From contig JBBQSO010000056.1 of the NCBI GenBank assembly GCA_038213805.1, forward strand, positions 1-35,364: 35,364 nucleotides of DNA. The letters run 5' to 3'. A program made the position numbers and the translations under genes. Below are positions 17,092-25,810 of the stretch, piece after piece. How positions within the stretch are numbered: the stretch's first letter is position 1; every line of letters begins with the position of its first letter. Below the pieces are notes generated by a model. The model was given only the letters and a program-made list of their open reading frames with translations. It did not search any database and had not been told where the DNA came from. The DNA comes from Planctomycetota bacterium. GTDB taxonomy: Bacteria > Planctomycetota > UBA11346.

Positions 17092-17534
17092 GAGGCCACC
17101 GCCACCGTCCCGGCGAGATGGGCCGCGATCTGTCGGGGCAGGATCAGCACCGCCACCCGCCTGTCGCCGAGTCGGCCGGCCTGCGCCCAGGCACTGGGCA
17201 GGGCCAGGCGCGGCAGCGGCCCGCTCGTGGCGGTAGCTGTCGCCATGCCCTCGACCCCATCGATCACCAGCGCCCAGGCTGGGGTGGTGGTAACCAGAAT
17301 CACCAGCCGCGGCTGACGGGGCGCCGGCAGCGACCCGTCGGGCAGCGTATCGATCACCGGATGGACGCCGTCGTCACTGATCGCCAAGCCCGCCACCCAC
17401 GTCGGCGACCAGGGCGGGGGCGGGGTGCACATGGCACTGCTGGCATTCCCGACCGCCCCGACCGGCAGCGTCAGCAGCAGGCCGCCGCGCCTGACGACGA
17501 GCACCTGATCTGAGATGGGGGTGGCAACAGACAT
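17088..17534 (-). CDS. Divergent CheW-like protein, first gene of the chemosensory operon
   Basis: LTLPVGAV, PPWSPTWVAGLA...VHPVID and WALVIDGVEG patterns match CheW. Confidence 0.7.
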   Translation of the reverse strand: MSVATPISDQVLVVRRGGLLLTLPVGAVGNASSAMCTPPPPWSPTWVAGLAISDDGVHPVIDTLPDGSLPAPRQPRLVILVTTTPAWALVIDGVEGMATATATSGPLPRLALPSAWAQAGRLGDRRVAVLILPRQIAAHLAGTVAVAS

Positions 17535-17603
17535 GCGCGTAACACGCTACCGATTACGCGGTTGCCTGCCAATGTAACGAAACGCAACAGTGCTCGCCGG
17601 CGT

Positions 17604-18584
17604 TTAGCCGATCGCGATCATGCGCTCGATCGGCAACCGCGCGCGCGCGATCACCGCTGCATCGAGGTGCAGCTCCGGACGGCCATCACGCAGGCAGTCG
17701 CGGATCTTCTCCAAGGTGTTCAGGCGCATGTGCGGACAGGTATTGCAGTGCGTGCAGCTGCCCTGCTGGGTGCCGCCGACCGCGGCCGGGGCGAGCAGGA
17801 AGGTCGCCAGCGGCGCGGCCTTGCGCATCTGATGGACGATACCCGGCTCGGTGACCACCAGATAGATCCCCCGCGGATCGCCGCGCTGGACGCGCTGCAG
17901 CAGCTGGGTGGTGCTGCCGACCACGTCGGCGAGGGCGCGGATCGGCAGCGGACATTCCGGATGCACCAGCGTCACGCAGCCGGGGTGGGCGGCCTGCAGG
18001 TCGATGATCGCCTGCTGGCTGAAGTTCTCGTGCACCTCGCAGGAGCCCTCCCAAAGCACCAGCGGCCGCCCGGTCTCGCGGCTGACCCAGTCGCCCAGGT
18101 ACTGGTCCGGGGCGAAGATGATGGGCTGGTCGGCCGGGATCGCGCGCACCACCGCGCAGGCGTTCGACGAGGTCACGCACCAGTCCGACAGCGCCTTGAC
18201 CTGCGCCGAGCTGTTGACGTAGGTGACCACCACGTGCCCGGGATGGGCGTCGATGAAGGCCTTGAAACGGTCCGCCGGGCAGGAGTCCGACAGCGAGCAG
18301 CCCGCGCGCAGGTCCGGCAGCAGCACGCGGCGCTGCGGATTGAGGATCTTCGCCGTCTCGGCCATGAAGTGCACGCCGCAGAAAACGATGGTCGAGGCGG
18401 TGGTCGCCGCGGCCTGGCGGGCGAGCTGCAGGCTGTCACCGATGAAGTCCGCGACATCCTGGATGTCGTCGTCCTGGTAATAATGCGCGAGGATGACGGC
18501 GTCCCGGTCACGCTTGAGGCGGGCGATCTCTGCGGCGAGACCGGTCTTTGCGTTCGCGGTGGGCGGGGTGGCGGTTTCTGGCAT
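17604..18584 (-). CDS. nadA: Quinolinate synthase A
   Basis: ILAHYYQ, GDSLQLA, FCGVHFMAETAKILNP, AGCSLSD, YVNSSA, CEVHE, VHPEC and CPHM (three Fe-S cysteines). Confidence 0.97.
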   Translation of the reverse strand: MPETATPPTANAKTGLAAEIARLKRDRDAVILAHYYQDDDIQDVADFIGDSLQLARQAAATTASTIVFCGVHFMAETAKILNPQRRVLLPDLRAGCSLSDSCPADRFKAFIDAHPGHVVVTYVNSSAQVKALSDWCVTSSNACAVVRAIPADQPIIFAPDQYLGDWVSRETGRPLVLWEGSCEVHENFSQQAIIDLQAAHPGCVTLVHPECPLPIRALADVVGSTTQLLQRVQRGDPRGIYLVVTEPGIVHQMRKAAPLATFLLAPAAVGGTQQGSCTHCNTCPHMRLNTLEKIRDCLRDGRPELHLDAAVIARARLPIERMIAIG

Positions 18585-18768
18585 GGCCAATCACGCTAGG
18601 CGCCGCGGCGGCGCGGGAAAGCGCGGTGCGGCGCGGCCTGGAACAATGGCGTTCACGCACCCAGTGGGACGGCTACGGGCATCATCGCTTGCCGCGCAGC
18701 GGCCGCCGGGCCATAGTGGACGGCCGGCGCCGTGGCGCCGCCGCGTACATCATCAGCCGAGGTCCGCC

Positions 18769-20394
18769 ATGCCCATCCCAGCCCGTCTCCGCCACGCCCT
18801 GCTCACCCCGCTGCTGGCGGCCGGCCTCGCTGGCCCGCTTGCCGCCGCCGATGCGCCGCTCGAGCCCTCGCAATTCCTGCCCCCCGCGGCGGTCGCCACG
18901 CTGCGCCTCAACGACCTGCCGCGCTCGCAGACGCGCTTCGCCGGCACGCCCTTCGCCAAACTCCTCGCCAGCGGCTGGGGCAAGCTGCTCAGCGGCCACC
19001 TCGAGAACGGGCTCCAGGATCTCGCCAAGCAGGGCAACGATGTCGGGCCGATCCTGCGCTCCCTGACCGCGGCGACCGTCGGCATCGCGCTACCCGCCAA
19101 GGACCAGCAGGACTTCGCCGGCGCGCTGCTGCTCGCCGGCGATGCGGCACCGCTCAAGGCCATGCTGACCAAGGTGGTCGGTGCCGAGCCGACCCTGGCC
19201 GCCGGCAATCCGACCTGGGTGGTGGGCGGCGGCCAGCTCACCGCCTTCGGCCAGCTCTTCGCCTACGCCTCGGCCCCCGCCGGCGGCGGCCTGGTCAAGG
19301 CGGTCGTGCCGCGCTCGCCCGCCACCCCGGCCGTCCATCCCGAGGCCTGCCTCGAAGGTGCCATCGACGTCAAGATGCTCGCCGAGTTCCTGCGCTCCAC
19401 CGGCACGCCGAACAGCTTCAGCGTGGGCTCGGGGATGATCGACAGCCTGGCCTTCTCGCTGGCCCTCGACCCGATCGGCATCCGCGAGCACTGGGACATG
19501 CCCTTCGCCGCCGCGCACGCCGCGGTGCTGGCGCCGCTGGTCGCGCCCCCTGCCAATCTCGCATTGCTGCGTAGTCTGCCCGCCGCGACACTCTTCGCCC
19601 TGACCGTGCACGTCGACGCCAAGCAGACCGCGCAGGAGCTTGCGATCGCCCAGGCCGACATCGACGACGCCCAGCTCGGGAAGATCGACGCGACGTTCGC
19701 CCAGGTGGGGCTGCCGCCCTACCTCGAACTGGTCAAGGCGATCGACGGCGACGTGCTGGTGTACTGCGAGGAGGGGGTGCCATTCCCCACCGGCACGCTC
19801 ACGCTCGGCATCGCCGCCGAGACCGCCACCAAGCTGCTCGCCACGCTCAAGGAGAAGGCCAGCCTGCAGGACATGGGCGACGGCACGCTCTCCGGCCTGG
19901 TCGGCGTGGTGCAGCTCCAGGCCGCCTACCAGCAGGGCCAGCTCATCCTCACCACCAATCCCAGCGGCATCGCCGGCTTCGCCGCGCGCCAGGCCGGCTT
20001 CGCCGACCAGCCCGAGATCAAGTCGGCGTTGGCCGAGCTCAAGCCTGGCGCGATCGGGGTCGGCGTCAGCCGCACCGGTGCGACCTATGCCGCGTTCGCG
20101 CAGCTGGCCCTGACCTTCGCGGCGATGGCCGGCGTCGACCCCAAGTACATGACCATGCCCCAGGACCTGCGCGCTGCCGGGCGCTATGGCTTCGTCTCCT
20201 ACCAGCGCACGCCCAAGGGCTACACCCTTGATGCGGGCGGCCTGCTCGGCGGCGTGGTCGGCATGTACTCGATGCTCGGCGGATCAGCGGCCGGCATGTA
20301 CTTCTACACCATGGCGCAGATCAACGGCATGCGCGCGGCGCCCGCCCAGCCGCCACCCGGCAAGCCTGCCAAGGACGCGGAGCAGGTGTTCTGA
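18769..20394 (+). CDS. Exported hypothetical protein (541 aa), possibly DUF3352-like, with hydrophobic C-terminus
   Basis: ATG at 18769 follows GAGG; signal peptide ending LAAA/D; strong third-position GC coding pattern. The family call is tentative. Confidence 0.75.
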   Translation: MPIPARLRHALLTPLLAAGLAGPLAAADAPLEPSQFLPPAAVATLRLNDLPRSQTRFAGTPFAKLLASGWGKLLSGHLENGLQDLAKQGNDVGPILRSLTAATVGIALPAKDQQDFAGALLLAGDAAPLKAMLTKVVGAEPTLAAGNPTWVVGGGQLTAFGQLFAYASAPAGGGLVKAVVPRSPATPAVHPEACLEGAIDVKMLAEFLRSTGTPNSFSVGSGMIDSLAFSLALDPIGIREHWDMPFAAAHAAVLAPLVAPPANLALLRSLPAATLFALTVHVDAKQTAQELAIAQADIDDAQLGKIDATFAQVGLPPYLELVKAIDGDVLVYCEEGVPFPTGTLTLGIAAETATKLLATLKEKASLQDMGDGTLSGLVGVVQLQAAYQQGQLILTTNPSGIAGFAARQAGFADQPEIKSALAELKPGAIGVGVSRTGATYAAFAQLALTFAAMAGVDPKYMTMPQDLRAAGRYGFVSYQRTPKGYTLDAGGLLGGVVGMYSMLGGSAAGMYFYTMAQINGMRAAPAQPPPGKPAKDAEQVF

Positions 20395-20396
20395 AC

Positions 20397-20837
20397 GTGC
20401 CCGTGCGACCAGCGCCGCTCCGGGAGTGGACCCTCAGCCGCGAGCTCGCCCCGCCGGTGGCCTTCACCGGAAGGCTCCTGCGCAGCGTCGATGGCCGCGC
20501 CTTCATCACCACCTGGGACAAGCTGGTGGGCAAGCAGCGCCACCACCAGATCTCGCTATTCGAGACCAGCGAGGGCCGCCACCTGCTGTACGTGACCTTC
20601 AGCGCGCGCGGCGTCTGGGAATACAGCCACAAGCTGATCATCCCGCTGAACCACCTGGGCGAGATCGCCGCGACTCTGGCCGGCTACATCCGCGAATTCA
20701 CGGTCGCAGTGCAGTCCTCACCCGGCCTCTCCGCCAACGAACGCGCCAGCGCCGCCGAAGTCATCGCCAGCCGCTTCGCGCGCCTCTCCGAACGCCTGCA
20801 GCTCGCCATCGGCGCCTGTACCGTGAAGATCGACTGA
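20397..20837 (+). CDS. Hypothetical protein (146 aa)
   Basis: GTG start 2 nt after the previous stop; globular-protein composition and host-like codon use. Confidence 0.7.
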   Translation: MPVRPAPLREWTLSRELAPPVAFTGRLLRSVDGRAFITTWDKLVGKQRHHQISLFETSEGRHLLYVTFSARGVWEYSHKLIIPLNHLGEIAATLAGYIREFTVAVQSSPGLSANERASAAEVIASRFARLSERLQLAIGACTVKID

Positions 20838-20862
20838 GTCTCGACTCTCCGAGCGGACGGAC

Positions 20863-20985
20863 GGATAGAACCGCCAAGATGCCAAGAGGCCAAGGGTTTG
20901 GCTGCCAGCCTCGGATTCTTTCGCGTCCATCTTGCTGATGACGCACGAGAGGTTCAGCGCTCTTGGCGTCTTGCCGGTTCTATCC
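20863..20985. repeat. 26-bp imperfect inverted repeat (REP/MITE-like) between convergent genes
   Basis: GGATAGAACCGCCAAGATGCCAAGAG (20863-20888) and CTCTTGGCGTCTTGCCGGTTCTATCC (20960-20985) are 24/26 complementary. Confidence 0.85.
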
Positions 20986-21026
20986 TCTCCAGCCGATTCC
21001 GGCACCGCCGCCGCACCCGGAAACGA

Positions 21027-21058
21027 CAGCGCCCCCGGCCATGTGGCCAGGGGCGTTG
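21027..21058. terminator. GC-rich hairpin downstream of the 44-aa ORF (putative terminator)
   Basis: CAGCGCCCCCGGCCA-TG-TGGCCAGGGGCGTTG stem. No strong U-tract follows it. Confidence 0.4.
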
Positions 21059-21082
21059 CGCGTGGGCGGCTTCCGCTTCCGG

Positions 21083-21217
21083 TCAGAACAGCGTGGTCAC
21101 CACGAACAGGTCGTTCGCACGCAGTTCCAGGAGTTCCATGGTCGCGAACATGATCGCGGCGACCCACGCCAGGAAGGTGATGATCACCAGCCACGAGAAC
21201 GACTTGTCTTCTTCCAT
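21083..21217 (-). CDS. Small single-TM membrane protein, 44 aa (not in the ORF track)
   Basis: Manual translation MEEDKSFSWLVIITFLAWVAAIMFATMELLELRANDLFVVTTLF*. GAGG RBS upstream, almost all codons end in G or C, and it lies 28 bp downstream of the coiled-coil gene. Confidence 0.85.
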   Translation of the reverse strand: MEEDKSFSWLVIITFLAWVAAIMFATMELLELRANDLFVVTTLF

Positions 21218-21245
21218 GCTAGCCTCGCTCGCTAAGGGTGGTGGC

Positions 21246-22130
21246 TCAGAGCCGGTTCTGGGCCAGATCGCCGGCCTGGATCTGCAGCTTGTTGGTGTTC
21301 CACGACTCGGGGATCACGCGGCACGCGACCATGTCGTTGAGCACCTTCTCGGCGCGGACCTTGACCACGTACTGGCTGCCGCGGAAGACGATGAACTCGA
21401 CGCCCTCCTCAACCAGGTCCTTCTTGCCGAGCGTCAGCATGACCAGGTCCTGCTGACCCTGGGGATTGTTGCGCACGGCGGCGACCACGGCCTGGAGGAA
21501 GGCGGCCGACTGGTGCTCGTTGGCGACGTCGTTCCAGACCTTGGGGTAGCGCTCCTTGACGATGCCGAGCTTGGCGGCCTTGTCGTTGTCGTCCTTGGTC
21601 AGCTTGGTCAGGTCCTCTTCGCGCTGGGTCAGCGCGGTCGAGGTGCTGTTGAGGTCGTCCTCGACCTCGGCGAGCTTGACGTTCAGCTGGAAGGCCACGG
21701 CGCGCGCGACCTGCGCGATGTGGGTCTTCTCGATGTTGCTCTGGCGGGTGGCCTCAAGCGTGGCGCTGAGCGACATGTTCTGGTCGCGCAGCTGCTTGAT
21801 CTCCTCGTCGTTCTTCGAGAGGGTCAGGCGCTGGGCCTGAACTTCCTTCTCGCGGGAGGTGATGGTGTCCTCCTGCTTCTTCACCTGCACCTGCAGATCA
21901 TTGATCTGCGCGCTCAGGCTGGCGGCGCGCGCTTCGGCGGTCACCTTCGCAGCGGACTCGTCGGCGATCTTCTGCGCCGCGTCCTTGATCTCGACCGAGA
22001 ACTGCTTGGTGTCCTCGTGCCAGCGGCGCTTCCAGTTCTCGCGGGTCGCGTAGACCGTCATCTGGACGAACATGAACGCCAGCGCGAGGAGCAGATTGAG
22101 GACAATGAAGATCTTGACGGTGGTGGTCAT
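21246..22130 (-). CDS. Membrane-anchored coiled-coil protein with C-terminal beta domain
   Basis: N-terminal TM (KIFIVLNLLLALAFMFVQMTVY), a long heptad-rich E/K/Q helix, and C-terminal VMLTLGKKDLVEEGVEFIVFRG...IQAGD. GGAG RBS. Confidence 0.85.
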   Translation of the reverse strand: MTTTVKIFIVLNLLLALAFMFVQMTVYATRENWKRRWHEDTKQFSVEIKDAAQKIADESAAKVTAEARAASLSAQINDLQVQVKKQEDTITSREKEVQAQRLTLSKNDEEIKQLRDQNMSLSATLEATRQSNIEKTHIAQVARAVAFQLNVKLAEVEDDLNSTSTALTQREEDLTKLTKDDNDKAAKLGIVKERYPKVWNDVANEHQSAAFLQAVVAAVRNNPQGQQDLVMLTLGKKDLVEEGVEFIVFRGSQYVVKVRAEKVLNDMVACRVIPESWNTNKLQIQAGDLAQNRL

Positions 22131-22180
22131 GGTCGACGTGCTCCGAGGCGGTTGCCTTGTGTGCGGTTCGTGTCGAAGAA

Positions 22181-24559
22181 CTATTCTTTACCAGCGCCCT
22201 GGCCGCGGACATCGAGCCGCTGCTGGACCTGGTACTTCTGAAGGAGATCGTTGGTGATCACGGTGCTGTGACCGACCGCTTCGGCGGCGGCGGTGCGCAC
22301 CATGAGCTGCACCTCGGGCTTCTCATCCGTGAACTGCAACGCCTTGAGCAGGATCTGCACGGCGGCGTCGGTGTTCGGATTGAGCTGACCGATGGCATAG
22401 AGGAAGGCGGAACGCAGATCGGGCTTGAGCGAAGCGTCCTGGGCGCCGTAGACGTCGGTGACCTTGCCGATCATGGCCTTCACGGACTCGCCGTTCGGGG
22501 CCTTGGCGGCATGGCCGAGCGCCTTGAGCGTCTCGATGCGCAGGGTGTCCGCGCGCATGTCGAGGGTCTTGACCAGGGCGTCGGCCGCCTTGGTGAGGTC
22601 AAACTGGGTGCGTGCCGGGTCGGGCTGCTGCAGGGCGATGGCCGCGCGCAGGGACACCTCTTCGGCATCCTCGCGGTTGGCGTTCGGCAGCTGGGCGTCC
22701 TTGAGGGCCGCCTCGATCTTGCCGGACATGTCGACCGAATTGAAGGGCTTCTGAATGAAGCCGGCGACCTTACCGTCGAACAGGCCCTGGATCTTGGCGG
22801 CCAGTGCGGCGTTGTCGGGCAGCGAGATGAACACCGGGGTCTTCTCGCTGCGCCAGTCCTTGGACAGCTTGGCGACCAGGGTCTCGGCTTTCTGCTCGTC
22901 GACGCTGACGATGGTGCCGTGCTCGTCGCGCACCGTCGGGATGAGGTCGCCGGCGATGATGATGGCGTCCTTGATCGGCGATTCCTCGAGGCGCTGCATC
23001 AGGTCGAAGCCGTCCTGCACGGCGTAGACGCGGTAGCCCTTGCCCTGCAGCTGCTCGCGCGCCACGTTGCGCTGGCGGTAGTCCTGGTCGAGGACCACGA
23101 CCACGCGGTTGCCCCACTCGCCGACCGCATCGGCCAGGGTGGTGACGACCTTGTCGGCGTTGAAGAACTTCACCGCCGGATCGAGGTGGGCGAGGGTGGT
23201 CGCGGCCTGGTAGCGCACGATCTTGTCGCTGTGGTCGAGAGCCGCGGCCAGCACCGTGCCGGCCTTGTCGGCGGCCAGTGAGCCGACCGGCAGGTAGACA
23301 TCGCCCTGGGCGAGGCTGCGGTCCTGGAGCAGGCGCATGATGTAGGCAGCGACGTCGTAGCGCTCGGAGACGATCGCCTCCTGGACGGCGTGGTACAGCC
23401 GTTCCGGGCCGAACATGCGCACGCGCAGGGACTGCTCGCCCAGCGCGGTGACGCGCTCGCTGATGGCGTCGAGGGCCTCATCGGGGAACTGCACCGGCGT
23501 GGTGCGCTCCTTGGCGATGCGCACGCGGCGCTGGGCTTCGACATCCTCGGCGGCGAGGTCGGCGGCGAGCAGCGGGCCGTAGGCGGTGTAGGCGGTGTAG
23601 GACTCGGCGCCGTCGATGAGCAGCTGCTCGGCGATCAGCTCGTTCCAGGCGTAGCGCGGCACGCGCACGAAGCCGAGCTTCTTGCTGGCGTCCTTGCTCT
23701 CGTCCCAGCGCCACAGCAGCGACTCGTTGGCGACCATCTCGTCGCGCACCAGGTCGCCGCCGCGGAAGTAGCGCAGCGCCTCCTGGAAGTAGAGGGCGTC
23801 GGCCGGGCCGGCGTCCGCCACCTTATTGCGTGCGGCGATCGCGGCGATGGTGTTGGTCGCCACGCGCTTGGTGGTCTCGGTGGCGTCCTTGCTGTCGAGC
23901 AGCTGCTTCAGCTTGGGCAGCGGGCGCGGGTCGCCGATGTCGGCGAGCACGGCGGCGACGCTGCTGATCAGCCGCTCATCCTTGGCCTTGAGGGCCTCCA
24001 TGAGCGGGATCACGGCGCGGTAGCCCATGCGGGACAGCACCACGCGGGCGTAGACGCGGTTGTCGTCCTGGCGGTTGTCGTTGAGGCGGGCGACCAGCAG
24101 CGGCACGGCGATCGGGCCGACCGCGACCAGCTCGTTGGTGGCGACCAGGCGCTCCTCTTCGCTCTTCTCGAGCTTGTCGATGAGCAGGGTGATGTACTTG
24201 TCGTCGCGACGCAGCTGCTTCTGGTAGATGTTGGCCTGGCGCAGGACGTCCTTGAGGACGTCGCGGAGCTGGTCGTACTCCTCCATCTGCACGAACAGGG
24301 CATCGCCGGCGGCGAGGTAGAACTCGTAGAGCAGCTTGCTCTCGGGCTCAAGCTTGAGGGCATCGCGGAAGCGCGCGGCGGAATTGGCGTAGCGGCCCGA
24401 ATGGTACTCCTTGATCCCTTCCGCGAGCAGCTCACGGACCTGGTCGGAGTTCGGGAAACGGGCATCGGCCTTGAACCCCGCATCGGCGCCATGGAGGGCA
24501 GCCCCCGCGGAGAGCGCGGCGGTCAGCAGCGTGGTGGCCAGCAACGTCGGCTTCGGCAT
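22181..24559 (-). CDS. Exported TPR/HEAT-repeat protein with an embedded receiver-like domain
   Basis: AGGAGG RBS and signal peptide; TPR-like helix pair; HEAT/PBS repeats (AVPLLVARL, AVIPLMEAL, VLADIGDPRPLP, VRYQAATTLA); receiver-like segment ending IQKPF. Confidence 0.85.
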   Translation of the reverse strand: MPKPTLLATTLLTAALSAGAALHGADAGFKADARFPNSDQVRELLAEGIKEYHSGRYANSAARFRDALKLEPESKLLYEFYLAAGDALFVQMEEYDQLRDVLKDVLRQANIYQKQLRRDDKYITLLIDKLEKSEEERLVATNELVAVGPIAVPLLVARLNDNRQDDNRVYARVVLSRMGYRAVIPLMEALKAKDERLISSVAAVLADIGDPRPLPKLKQLLDSKDATETTKRVATNTIAAIAARNKVADAGPADALYFQEALRYFRGGDLVRDEMVANESLLWRWDESKDASKKLGFVRVPRYAWNELIAEQLLIDGAESYTAYTAYGPLLAADLAAEDVEAQRRVRIAKERTTPVQFPDEALDAISERVTALGEQSLRVRMFGPERLYHAVQEAIVSERYDVAAYIMRLLQDRSLAQGDVYLPVGSLAADKAGTVLAAALDHSDKIVRYQAATTLAHLDPAVKFFNADKVVTTLADAVGEWGNRVVVVLDQDYRQRNVAREQLQGKGYRVYAVQDGFDLMQRLEESPIKDAIIIAGDLIPTVRDEHGTIVSVDEQKAETLVAKLSKDWRSEKTPVFISLPDNAALAAKIQGLFDGKVAGFIQKPFNSVDMSGKIEAALKDAQLPNANREDAEEVSLRAAIALQQPDPARTQFDLTKAADALVKTLDMRADTLRIETLKALGHAAKAPNGESVKAMIGKVTDVYGAQDASLKPDLRSAFLYAIGQLNPNTDAAVQILLKALQFTDEKPEVQLMVRTAAAEAVGHSTVITNDLLQKYQVQQRLDVRGQGAGKE

Positions 24560-24828
24560 CAGAACCTCCTGCTAGGGCGGAGTCGTCGATCTCGGGGTGC
24601 AGCTGACAGGCCCAAAGACCGCGGCAATTCCGCTGTGCACCCCGATTGGGACGCGCATCATTCGCGGCAGCCCCTGTCGCCTCAACCGTGGAGGATGGCG
24701 GCGGGTAGGTAGTGTATGACGAACCGCAGGATGTGCTTACGCCGTCGTCCCCAGCCCCCAGGGGCGGGGGTTGCACCCCGCGGCGGGCCGGCACAGTGCG
24801 GCGTTTTCGGCGTCTGCCCGGGATCCCC

Positions 24829-25689
24829 ATGACCGTTCTCCGCCTCGCCGCGCCGGCCAAGCTCAACCTCCATCTCGAAGTGCTGGGCCGGCGCGCCGAC
24901 GGCTTCCATGCGCTCGAATCCATCTTCCAGACCATCACGCTGCACGACGACGTCGAGCTCCGGGTGCGTCCCGAGGCTGGCATCGCGCTGACCTGCGATG
25001 ATGCGGGCCTGCCCGCGGACAGCGGCAATCTCGCGTGGCGCGCCGCCGCGGCTTTTCTCTCACGCGCGCCTGCCGCCGGCGTGGCGATCGCGCTGACCAA
25101 GCGCATTCCGCACGGCGCGGGTCTGGGTGGCGGCTCGAGCGATGCAGCCGCCGTGCTGCGCGGCATGGCGCGCTTGATGTCGGGACTGTGGAGTCCGGCG
25201 GAGCTGGCCGCGCTTGCCGCCGCACTTGGCTCGGACGTGCCTTTCTTCCTGGTCGGCGGCACCGCGCACGGCACCGGCCGCGGAGAAATCCTCAGCGCTC
25301 TGCCCGATCTGCCCGCGCAGCCGGTGACGGTGCTGATGCCGGGCGCGACCCTGGCCACGCCCACGGTCTTCAAGGCTCTCGACGCTGCCGAGCGCGGTCC
25401 GCGGGACTTGCGCGGTGCGCCCTGGTGGCAGGCCGCCCTGGCGCGTGATGGCGTCGTACCGCACCTTCACAACCGCCTCACCTCGGCCGCCCAGCGACTG
25501 TGTCCAGAGGTCGGCGCCCTGCTCGCCTGGTTGGCGGGTCAGGGCGTCCCGCACCTCATGTCCGGCTCTGGCGCCGCTTGTTTCGCCCTCGCCCACCTCG
25601 CCCCACCAGCCGGCGTGCGCGCCTGGCATACCGCGTTCAGGGGGCGGGCGGCGCTGGAGGTCCGAGAGCCTCGGGAAGAGGGGCCATAA
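24829..25689 (+). CDS. ispE: 4-diphosphocytidyl-2C-methyl-D-erythritol kinase
   Basis: APAKLNLHLEV, DGFHALES, KRIPHGAGLGGGSSDAA, LGSDVPFF, GRGE and MSGSG. Confidence 0.96.
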   Translation: MTVLRLAAPAKLNLHLEVLGRRADGFHALESIFQTITLHDDVELRVRPEAGIALTCDDAGLPADSGNLAWRAAAAFLSRAPAAGVAIALTKRIPHGAGLGGGSSDAAAVLRGMARLMSGLWSPAELAALAAALGSDVPFFLVGGTAHGTGRGEILSALPDLPAQPVTVLMPGATLATPTVFKALDAAERGPRDLRGAPWWQAALARDGVVPHLHNRLTSAAQRLCPEVGALLAWLAGQGVPHLMSGSGAACFALAHLAPPAGVRAWHTAFRGRAALEVREPREEGP

Positions 25690-25810
25690 AGCGCGGACCC
25701 CGGATCCCACCGCAACGTGGTGTCACAGCTTCGCGTCGCGGGTTGCTGGGGATGCAGCCGGGAGCGGCCCACATCTCACCTGACTGAATTGACGGATTTC
25801 CCCGCTGCAT

